DNA of 63,193 bases, filler included, from Hausera hauseri (taxonomy: Eukaryota): NCBI GenBank assembly GCA_046269625.1. It is 12 parts of 12 records of this genome, joined end to end, with 100 filler letters (N's around TTAATTAATTAA, not from the genome) between each part and the next. Parts side by side here need not be neighbours in the genome. Positions count along the whole stretch, not along the records: positions 22,783 to 26,721 come from JBJURY010872959.1; positions 26,822 to 32,112 come from JBJURY010288613.1; positions 32,213 to 40,231 come from JBJURY010818752.1; 9 more parts are not named here. The stretch is one strand, 5' to 3'. Below, piece by piece: positions 25,230 through 35,479 of the stretch. The position numbers and the translations under genes were made by a program. Every line of letters begins with the position of its first letter. The first letter of the stretch is position 1. Below the pieces are notes generated by a model. It was not told the origin of the DNA. It did not search any database and saw only the letters and a program-made list of their open reading frames with translations.

Positions 25230-26330
25230 ATTCAGAGTATGTGTCCACTGTACCTAAGGATACTCCTGCATATGTCCCAACATCAAAGTTGACACAGAAG
25301 TTGGTGGAAATCACTAATGAACTTGGTAAGGTTTATTTTTATTTTACCTTCAAATTAATGTTTCATTTTCAGACAAACCTCCAGTGGATTTGGATGAGTC
25401 AATTGTTGAATCGGATATAAGGTCAATTGATCTTAGTCAACTGCTCAAGGATATGGCATTGACTCAGAGCGATGATGACGATTTCCTGACAGTTGCAAAA
25501 CCAGCTCCGTCAGTTACGGAAAAGAAAAAGTCAGTGCCAATAAAAACAACAATCATGTAGCCGGCAGTGTGGTGAACCAGTAGTAAAGAAAGCGGCTCCG
25601 CCTATCAAAATGATTATCGAACCAGGTAGTGAACAAGTCAGAATGATGAAATACCGTCAGGCTCAGTTAGCACAGGCGCAATAGGAATGTGACAATACAC
25701 AGGAGCGTATTGTCGTTAAGAATCAGTTGGTTGGAAAGTGGAGGGAACAGTGTGAACGGGGTCGCAAAATCGCCTGAGATTGAAACTTGGGCCAACAGAA
25801 GCCATACAAATTATATAGTTGGAGCTGGCAAATGAACCGAGGCTGCATACAAACATGGATAAGCGGTTTGAGATCCGGTCGAAAGGGAGAAATATAGATG
25901 AAAGGAACAGGCAACTGGCGCAGGAAATGAGGAGTTGAGAAAGCATATCAAGGCAAAGAGAGAAAATGAGCAGTTACTCCAACAGGTGGCTAATTTCCAG
26001 AAAGTGATTGAACGCCAGGCCCAAACGATTTGTGACTTTAAGGAGAAAGCCTCGGTCTCTACTCAGACTCGTTTAGTGACCAGTCCACTGTCGACATTTA
26101 AGATCGATAGGTGTACTACTGCTACCCAAACAGTAGGGATACAGATGGAAAAGGAGGATAAAAGGGTGATGTTTCATGAAGAGGTGCAGGTGGACAGTTC
26201 CGATGGTATTGGTGCAGTACAGACGATCGTGGAAGTTGAAGCCAATGTAATGGTGGATGTTGAAACCATGACTGATGAGAATAAGATGGAAAGTGTACAA
26301 AAGTTGTACATTTATAAATTGTACATTTAA
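25230..26330 (+). pseudogene. Spliced accessory gene (47-nt intron 25326-25372) encoding an acidic then coiled-coil protein, divergent from PolB copy C
   Basis: Removing the GTAAG...TTTTCAG intron joins PAYVPTSKLTQKLVEITNEL/DKPPVDLDESIVE in frame. A coiled-coil ORF follows at 25935-26330, then AATAAA near 26431. Internal stops present. Confidence 0.5.
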
Positions 26331-26821
26331 TTGAGAATGTACAAGCGGTCCTCTTCAGGGCCACAATTTATGATTAATTTGTTTCGTGATTAGTGTTTTT
26401 TACTTCGTTTTATTGATATTTTATCAACCTAATAAATATGTTTATAATTTGTGACTAAATGTGTTTTGTTGATGTTTTGTGGACCTAATAAATATCCATC
26501 TAATATTTTCATTTAAAATTAACAAAAAATTTTATTAAACAAGAAAGTGTAAAAACTGATATATTCTTAAACATCCGACTGTGGAATAGATTTCCGTATC
26601 TATCTTATCGCATTTCTGTACATCATTGGTTTCTAACGTAAGAAACTGGTTTTTAATTTCTGCACACACACTTGCGTGTCTTAATTTCTATTGGTTTATT
26701 ATTAGTATGTAAAATATTATANNNNNNNNNNNNNNNNNNNNNNNNNNNNNNNNNNNNNNNNNNNNTTAATTAATTAANNNNNNNNNNNNNNNNNNNNNNN
26801 NNNNNNNNNNNNNNNNNNNNN

Positions 26822-26898
26822 CCAGTATTGCGTCGAAATACGCGTCCCATTCCGGTTCATTTCCGACATCTGGAAGTCCAGCACCTACCAAAGCTACG
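26822..26898. repeat. 77-bp terminal direct repeat (identical to 32036-32112)
   Basis: CCAGTATTGCGTCG...CCAAAGCTACG is the first and last 77 nt of the contig. This is the typical k-mer overlap of a circular assembly path. Confidence 0.97.
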
Positions 26899-29399
26899 CT
26901 CGTTTTTGCACATTTTCTCGAATTTCTTTCAACCTGGGCTGTATTTCCTTCATCTGCGTAGTCCGGAAACCTACTCCATTTCCACAAGCATATTGAATCA
27001 TTTTCACTAAGTCGCCGAATTCATTGGAATCAATGAGTCTTTTTGGTGATAATCCGTTAATTCGATAATTACATCCTTTTGCCATATTCGTACAAATTCT
27101 CGCTTATTTTTGATTTCTGATTCGGTAAAAGCATATTTGTTTCGGTAGACTTCGAATTCTTTTGTTAGTTCATCTAGCCTCGTTGCTCTTTGCTCTGTTT
27201 TGATGCACGTTTCTTCGACTTGCTGTAATTTTGGCATCAGCTGTCTCATCCACTCGTCATTAATCTCCGCCATTTCTACCAAAAAGTAGGCTAACCCGTA
27301 CATTTCATTTATAATTTTTGAGTTGGGATCTATGGCATCTGACAATTTCTTTACAAACTTAGATTTCTGAAAACTAATATGCTGATCATTTCATATTTTT
27401 ATCAATTTGGTATGGAAATTCTGATTTGATCCGGCCATCCATTCTTGTGGTTTATGCAAAAATCTTATTACATCTATTAACGTAGTTCCGTGTTCCGGAC
27501 AAATGTCTAGGGTCTCAATATCTTGAATTGAGATCTCTTCGATAGGTTTTTCTGTCAGACGTTGAACTCCTTCTAGTCGGACGTTTCTTAATTTTGGATA
27601 GAAATTGCATTTCATATTCCGTTTTTCCGTAAAGTTCGTTTCTTCAATCATTTTATAAATTTTTTCTAATAGCGTTGCTTTTTGCTTCTTTTTCATAAAA
27701 TTAAGTCGCCTTAATGCTTCAAATCTCGTTCGGATGTATATTTCGGCTAGTATCGCCTCTAAATTTTGTGCGCTTTCTTCTAATTGTCTCTTTACAGATG
27801 GCTGGCTTCCTGGAAATTTTTTCTTTCGGTCTTCTACTATTTTGCTCAATCTCATTACTAGTTCGGACCATTTCGATAACTGATTGACAATTATTGGTTT
27901 AGCCATTATAGCCTTATCTAGCATTTTGTATGCGTCCTTCAATTCGTCATCATAATCCCGCTGATATATCTAAATTCGTCTTTATATTCATCGAATTCTA
28001 AGATGCATGCTGTTACTACGTATTTAGTTTCTTCATTATTTTGAGACATAATTCGATTTCTCAGACTATAAATCTGTACTCGCTTTTCATTTTCTATTTT
28101 GATCCGATTTTCCAAGCTCGTGTATTGTTTAGGTACAGCAAATGCGATTTTTATCATTTCCATTAAAGGAAAAATATCTATTGGGTCTATATCCAATATT
28201 TCTAAATCGATATTACTTCGGTTGTTGACTGATTTTTTCTAAGTTGGTTAATTATCGTGTAGCGAATGTCATCCACCATATGCTCTAAATTGTGGACTAC
28301 TCTCTTCCGTTTTGGATTCGCTTCCAACGCTGATAACAACGTTTGCGCTTTAGTGACTTTTACGTCGACACTGTCTTCATTCTTATTCCATTCTTCCAAA
28401 AACTCGACTCCACTTTTAATCCATGAATCTAGTTCATGTTTCCATTTTAACAATGTTTCTGCTGATACCCCTTCAGGTTGTCTTGCGTCGATTGCTTCAG
28501 CAAACTTTCCTTCGCTACGTAGTTTCAAACTTTTATATAACTTCTCGGCGAATTGTTGTTCTTTCCCGGATATGTCTACTTGTTCGCTGATCTCCTTGAG
28601 CCTTTCTAAATTTTGTTGTAATATTTCGGGCTCTAGACACTTAATTCGCATTTTCTTTAGCTCATCGGCGTTCTTCCATGAACGTCGAATTTTCCATTTT
28701 TTTGGATCAAAATCGTCAGTATTTTCCATTTCTTCCTCACTAATAGGAAGTAGACAGATCTCGTTAATCTCATTAGCTGATCCTATGGACTCGGCGGTTC
28801 CGACAGGCGTGATTGATCCGATTTCTGGTTTATTCACATTATGTCCTATGTCATCTATAACGATGTTCGGACTACTTGTTCCTTTAATTTTCTCTTTAGT
28901 TATTTGTGAACGTGAGCAACTTCTACGTTTCGTCTTAAATGAAGGGCTACGGCCTCTATTTTTCGTAATTATAAGTATTAATGGTTCCATAAATTCCCGT
29001 TCTGCAGTATCGTCCTCAACATACTTATCTACTTTTTCAACCGTGAACTCAGGCGCTACGTCTAAGTCGACTTCCGTCGATGGGCCTGGTTTATCCGATG
29101 GTTTATTATTCGTGGGAACATTCTTTTTCCGTGTCATGTCGCTTCGTTTTGGTGCTATTGCCTGCTCAGAGTCAGTTTATGGTTCTACAAAACCATGATA
29201 TACTTCTAGTAGTATTAGTTTATCTCTGTACTCTTTTCTAGCTGTCAATATTTGTGGATTACAAAATTCAGGCTGAGCGTCTAGAAACTTCCGTAAATCT
29301 TGTATATCGATAATAGTGCCTGTATCTCCACTAACACCATACTTCTCATCTAAATTTTCATTAGTTCTGATCATACTAGTATCTATTGGCTCAGTAAAT

Positions 29400-30449
29400 G
29401 AAACTCTACGTGGGTTTGGACATGATCTTGAAATGTGTCCTTCTTTCCGCAAGTGAAACAAAATGAGTTCCCGTTTCTACCGACTCTCTGTCGACCGTCT
29501 TCGTTTACCGGCGATTTAGATCTATTTGTACTCTTATTATACTAGGTTGCCGCACTGTCAGCGTTTCGTCGATTATCACTATTTCGGCTATCGCCGTTTT
29601 GATTCGAGTAGTTTGAGCCTCTATAATTTCCTATATTCCCATCGCAGTTAAAATCTGGTCGGTTCGTACTAGTAAAATTATTGCCTCGGCTATACCTATA
29701 ACTGTCGTTATTATTTCGGTTCCCATAATTTTTGTTATTCGTATATCGTCTATCATCTCTTCCATGATTATCATTCCGATTTATGTCCGTGCGATCACTT
29801 CGATCATTATTTCTGTCGATTCTATCATTATGTTTGGCATATCTGTGAAGTGCCATTTCTAAGTCTTGAGCTAACCGTAGAGTCCCTTCAAAGTTTTCCG
29901 GCCTAGCCAAAATTAATTGCTTAAGCAAATCTCGTGACCAAATACCATGGATTAATTAAGTCGTCATCATGACATCTAGATCTGGCGGTGTTGCCTTTTC
30001 TGCGGCATCGCGTTCCGCATCTGTTTTCGCTCTAGCTACGTTGGCTATACGCAGTGTGTTTATATAACTATTGGCAAGTTTCTTCAACGCAAATGCGAAT
30101 TGCGTTACTGATTCACCTTTTGTTGTACTCTATTCTGAAATGCCATAAGCTTTTGTTGCGGCGTTACTGTCGGTAATAATTTACGGTTTAATGCTCCTAC
30201 CAGAGAGGACCAAGATTTCTTCTCGTCATTAGTAAGTTTGCTATATGCGTCAGCAGCTAGATTTTTCAAATATAACGACAAGGGTTTAATCATTACTTCA
30301 GGAGTAAGGCTAGCACCTTCTGCGTGCAATTTGCAAGTTCTCAAGAATTCATTAAGCCCGTCTGGGTCTCCATCATATGCCGGCAAGTTTAAAGAATCGA
30401 AGGTGAAGATGTCTAGTTTCTGCGCTACTGGTTGGTTGTCTGCTGCCAT
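29400..30449 (-). pseudogene. Retrotransposon Gag (capsid-like region, N/D/R-rich linker, CCHC zinc knuckle)
   Basis: LPAYDGDPDGLNEFLRTC...YLKNLAADAYSKL...WSSLVGALNRKL...FQNRVQ. The knuckle CFTCG(K)EGHISRSC is split by a 1-nt frameshift near 29445. Confidence 0.85.
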
Positions 30450-30788
30450 GTTAATTACGTTATTTGTTGCTAAATCTACTTAATTTATTTTATGTACCTC
30501 AAGTGGAATTTTAAACTGTTTATTTTGCGCGACAACGTCTAGTTTGATTCTATTCTCGGAATTTGAAAGTTTATCTACTTTTTGTGTATCTCTATAAATA
30601 TTTCGACGTGTCTCACGTATAGGTGAATTGTCTTTTAATATATGGTTTACTTTTGACTTACCAATGCTTGTTCTCTATTAGAGTATGCGTTACTTATCCC
30701 CCTATTTGATTTTATTTTTGAAATATATCAATTTAATTGGTGTGTAATTATTTAGCTCTTAAAAGTAAAGTCTAGCGAGGTACATACT

Positions 30789-30805
30789 TCCTGCTAGGGT
30801 CGCCA
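30789..30805 (-). promoter_or_regulatory. tRNA primer-binding site (tRNA-Arg-like)
   Basis: TGGCGACCCTAGCAGGA starts 2 nt after ...TATATAACA. Its complement ...TCCTGCTAGGGTCG-CCA looks like a tRNA acceptor/T-stem end. Confidence 0.8.
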
Positions 30806-30807
30806 AA

Positions 30808-30852
30808 TGTTATATATTGGGGTGGCCCTTATTCAACGCCCACTATATAACA
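30808..30852 (-). repeat. 45-bp mini-LTR candidate with 14-bp imperfect terminal inverted repeats
   Basis: Minus strand TGTTATATAGTGGGCGTTGAATAAGGGCCACCCCAATATATAACA. The ends match at 13/14 positions as inverted repeats. Confidence 0.7.
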
Positions 30853-32399
30853 GAATTACACTCAAGATTATTTCAATTCTTATGCAGTTCGGTCTATCGT
30901 AATCGAATAGACTGAATGTACCTTACCGATTTTAATTATTATGCAGGTAATGCGTGCGGTCCTGTGCTGATAATTGAAATGTGCTAAGCTTATAGCTCTA
31001 TTGATTTCGTTCTCTCGATTAGGGTTTATTTTGACAGCTAAGTATAGTAATACTTTCCTTAGTTCTTCATTTGTGTTTTCTACCATGATTTTATCGATTA
31101 CTGCTTCGTCAGTTAAGCTGCTTTTTGATCATTTAAAACGTGAACTTCTTATCAATCTAGCTGCTTCGAAAATTATCTTTTCTTTCTCATCCAGTATATC
31201 ACCTCGAAGGCTTGAATAATTTACAATTCGTACCAAGTTCTTCAATAACTCGTTTAACTCTTCATTATCTGTGCTAAAGATCGGAATTGACATTTGTTTC
31301 AATTCTCTAATCAATTCTACGTTATAATCTACTTCTCACGTTTTCCTAGGCCGACCAACTGGACGTTTCGGCCTTGGCCCTTTTGTTGCTATTTCGCTCA
31401 ACGGTACTAAATTGATGTCATATTTTTCCTTATCCTCGTCTGTTTGCAAATACGCAAAATACAAGGCAGCATTTCGGACTCCCATAATTTGTCCTACGCA
31501 TTGTTCTGCTTTAACTTTGCGTGTGGCTTCTTCTTTCGTCTGTTCATTTGCTATCGTTACTACTACTGGGTTTGTTTCGCCTGGAATAATCCCGACGTCT
31601 ATCAATTGCTCTAAGTCGTTGAGTATTCTACCTCTAAAATAGAATCTGTAATTTAACTCGTTTTTCCCGCCGTTGTTTATCAGCCATTCTCTTACATTTC
31701 TTACGTAAGAATATTTAGTTAACACTCATTCTTTTTCGTCCATCCATTCGGATGATACCATCATTTTTATCGTCATTTCAGGTTTAGCCCTCAAGATTTT
31801 AGCATACTTTCTTATTAAAAGTTTCGGCACCGTGCTATAAATCGTATTCTCACTAGACAATATAGTCAAAGTTGTTATAAGTTGTCGTAACTTATTTCAG
31901 TAATATTTACGTTAATTAGTTCAATTAAATCTTTTTCAGTTAGTGCTGAATTCAGGAGCATCGCCACATCGAATCTCCTGTTCTGTGGGCACATTTCTAT
32001 CTCATTTATTTGTACTGGAGTCATGGGCTTTTCGGCCAGTATTGCGTCGAAATACGCGTCCCATTCCGGTTCATTTCCGACATCTGGAAGTCCAGCACCT
32101 ACCAAAGCTACGNNNNNNNNNNNNNNNNNNNNNNNNNNNNNNNNNNNNNNNNNNNNTTAATTAATTAANNNNNNNNNNNNNNNNNNNNNNNNNNNNNNNN
32201 NNNNNNNNNNNNATAACAAATCGAGAAAAAACCTTTTCATATATTCCTCAGAGTTGTAAATTTTTTAAAAAATTATCAAAGATTAAACCCAAAGGAAAAT
32301 TAAAATGTTGGTTTAAAACTAAGAAAAATCAATTTAAATCTCTTACTATTCGATTGAGTATCAAAACTTTCACAGAAGGACAAAGTTGTGATTCTGTAT

Positions 32400-35050
32400 T
32401 TGAATCCCGAATTTTGGAAAGTATTAATGGTTTGAAAAAAAAGGCCTTTGGTCTCGAGATGCATTATCGAAAGTAATGGAACAACGTCGAATGAAAGTCA
32501 TTGGGATTATCTCGTCGAAGAAGTGGTTTGGTTGTCATCCGATATGAGAACAAACCTTCATTGGAAAATCAACGCAGCACATGTCCTGGCAGAACATGCA
32601 AAAACGTTTCTGATAGCCAAAAAGGAATTGGCAAATTTGGAAAATGTTTTTCAACAAGAACCAGCTCGATTACATTGTTCAAAAATTGCTAAAATCATAT
32701 CGGATTGTTGGAACAATAAAGATACGGGTGTTTCATATGATGAGAGAAATCCCCAAATGAATACAGATATTGAAATGAAAGTTGTTGATAATTTTAATTT
32801 GTGGTTCATTAATAAATTGATGAACGCTGATTCCTGTAGAGAATTTTCAAACTTCGACAGATCGGATAGCGATAGTTTGTGTTCATTTGACTCATTGTCA
32901 AATTCGAGTAACAGGGAATTGTTGGATAATGAATTGTTTAACGAACAGAATGATGGAATACTGAATATTCTCGACGAACTGGATTTTGTGAAGGAGGAAA
33001 TGAAAATAAATCACGTTGAGGAACAACTGAATAAAGTCAATTTCAACAGTAACAACGATTCCACCGATACAGCCAGTTGTGGAACGTTTCGAAATATCAT
33101 GAATACGATCGGTGTCCAACGAGACAATTTACGAATTATCCGCGAAAATAACCTCAGGGAATTTTTTAATTTTTTCGATTATTTCCGTGAAGTACCGAAT
33201 GGTCCATTTCTTCAATCAACCATCCGACATTTGGTGGAATTGGTTGAGAAGAAATTGTCGTTTTGTTTAATGGACGAATGTGATTACTGATTTGATAAGA
33301 TGACTTTAATTGTACTGTTCAGCTATTTTTCTCGCGTAAATAAAACAAAAACCGATTTTAATCATCATAACAATGTTTTCAATTGTCGATTGGAAATATT
33401 TTTTATCGAAAATATACCTGAATGTTAACTTACTCGTTGTTGATTTTTGTTCCGTCAACAACAATCATCCATTACACAATATTGATTGGCATCAAAATCT
33501 CGTTTGTTTAACGGCACACATTTCGTTTACTACGAACGTGTTGCCTATCGATATTGAATGGTCAACTGTTATTCTTGATAAGATCAAAAAAATAAACGAT
33601 ATCTATATAGCATTTGAAGTCAATATATTTGTAATATTCGATGTAATCAAAATCGAATAGCTAATTCGACAACTGTAGACGTTTATAACAGTTTTGAATA
33701 CTTTTAAAATGATTTTTTTGCCCCAGGAATATAATGCAATAGGAAACCATTATTTCTTGGTGGATAAGTTCGATAATTTGAAAGATTTGAAAAATATCCT
33801 CGTTGACCTTAGTGTTGATTTGACCGAGAGCAATTTATTGGACTATGATAGTCAAATAATAATGTGCGAACTTAGTGCCCCTCAAAACAGTTTACACCAG
33901 TACATAATGGGCAAACTGAAAATTTCGCTTGAATCCAGAAATCTGGTAGATTTACTTGAATCGATTTCCCAGGATTTACAAATCATTCAACACCCTTATT
34001 TGTTTGATTTTCAATGTGCCGATCGGATCGAGATTTTTTATTTCAGTTATTAACGATTCGGAATCTGAACTTCATATTGGATTGAGTTATCCGCTTCGAA
34101 TTAATGTATTTTGCCATTGGCACAGTGTCAAATTTTGTCATTTTTCCTATGGATGTGTCAACATATGGATCGTTTTATTTCGGTGTTTGACGTTGAGCGG
34201 TCTATAAATGACAAATATTGCCTTCATCATCTGAAGGAATTGTTGGTCTCCTTTTGGAATATCGAACGAACAGTTGAGTGTTTCAGTGGTACAAGTAGTT
34301 TAGAAGGGTGTTGTTTCGATAGTCCGTTTCTATCGAGTATGGATATCGAACAAATCAATTTGAACAAGGCCCTTTCCGTTCCACCGATGGATAATGTTGG
34401 TTCGAAAAATAACTTTAACTGCAAAGTCCATACTCATGGTGATATGTACAGTAATACTTTTAGTTTTTTGTCCAATATTTCTCTTAAAAAACTTTCGGAT
34501 AAACAAGCATTACATTACTGCTGTTTGCAAAGAAAACGCCATTTTTCTTAGTTGAATAGCAGTTTATTTTCAACTGTTTCTTTCGAAAGATGTATTATTG
34601 ACTTTAATATCCGCAGTGAAGATCTGAGTCCATTGGATCAACTGACGAAAATTCCTAGAAATGGCAATGTTTTAAGAATTTGGACAAATATCAACAGATG
34701 TAAACCACCGAAAATTTATGATTATTACGGACGTCGATTTGTTTCATCCAAACGGTTTTCGGTTTTAGAATCGCATCTTACATATTGTTTAGGAAACAAT
34801 ACCTTTACCTTCTTTGATGGTAGATCTTCGCCTCCAGAACCAAGCAACCGTACATTTCCGTTGCGTTTTACAGAGGAACTAAAATCATGCAATTGGTTCC
34901 TGACACATAAAGCAATTCTTTTTGAAGCAAGCTCCATTGTGCCGACTTCGCGATGGCGATATGGATATGCTTGTTATTGGATTCATAATATATTGCAGTT
35001 GTTTATCTATGGAGGTAGAATAATGAAAGGATTCCAACGAAATATTTCGG
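32400..35050 (+). pseudogene. Domino/SRCAP/EP400 (SWR1-family) remodeller pseudogene: HSA domain plus highly eroded SNF2 ATPase
   Basis: GLWSRDALSKVMEQRRMK/SHWDYLVEEVVWLSSDMRTNLHWK is the HSA signature, split by frameshifts. Later LVELVEKKLSFCLMDE, PILIIIT..IVDWKYF, VCLTAH and WSTVILD follow SNF2 motif order. Multiple stops. The 3' limit is approximate. Confidence 0.75.
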
Positions 35051-35479
35051 GATCCGTTTCAGATAGAATGTCAAACCACAATTATCAGCCAGAGCCTTTA
35101 AAAGAAACAGCGACCCTCTTGATTTCTAATTACCACGTGGAGATACAACATTACCCGATTTATCGTCTATCACCACCATTTTCCTTCTACATTTCTCAAT
35201 TATACCTTAATACAGACCGTACACGTCACACAACGTACCGAGACATTACAATTATATGCCCTCATTCATAATATCACCGCCCTTTGCGATTTCTATTTGA
35301 CTCAATGGTTTCATTTTAACTGACCTTCCGCACATCATGTCCTCACATTACTACCTATGTATTCATATCCACCCTAGTATCCGCGGTGGTATGATTTCTT
35401 CACCAACCAGTGACATCACGGGTAAAGTGACCACAAAATCCAAATCCATTCTCTACTATTTCAAATCAAACCATCCACC

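Larger units (their letters stand above)
26822..32112 (-). mobile_element. Circularly permuted 5,214-bp pol-less LTR-like element: mini-LTR, PBS, gag, long unknown ORF
   Basis: 77-bp identical contig ends, a 45-bp TG..CA unit plus PBS, and a gag capsid-like region with a CCHC knuckle. Successive minus-strand ORFs are linked by in-frame stops or single frameshifts. No RT, RNase H or integrase motifs seen. Confidence 0.8.

Noticed and set aside
28266-29198. 310-aa plus-strand ORF
   Set aside because: Antisense shadow of the K/E-rich minus-strand ORF. It is S/F/L-rich with no independent support.
29300-29345. VSGDTGTII as a retroviral protease active site after the knuckle
   Set aside because: Position is suggestive, but the hydrophobic residues before DTG and the downstream ILGxD motif are absent.
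26822-32112. Alternative genetic code or programmed readthrough explaining the stops
   Set aside because: All three stop types plus frameshifts occur, positions differ between copies, and the host genes use the standard code.
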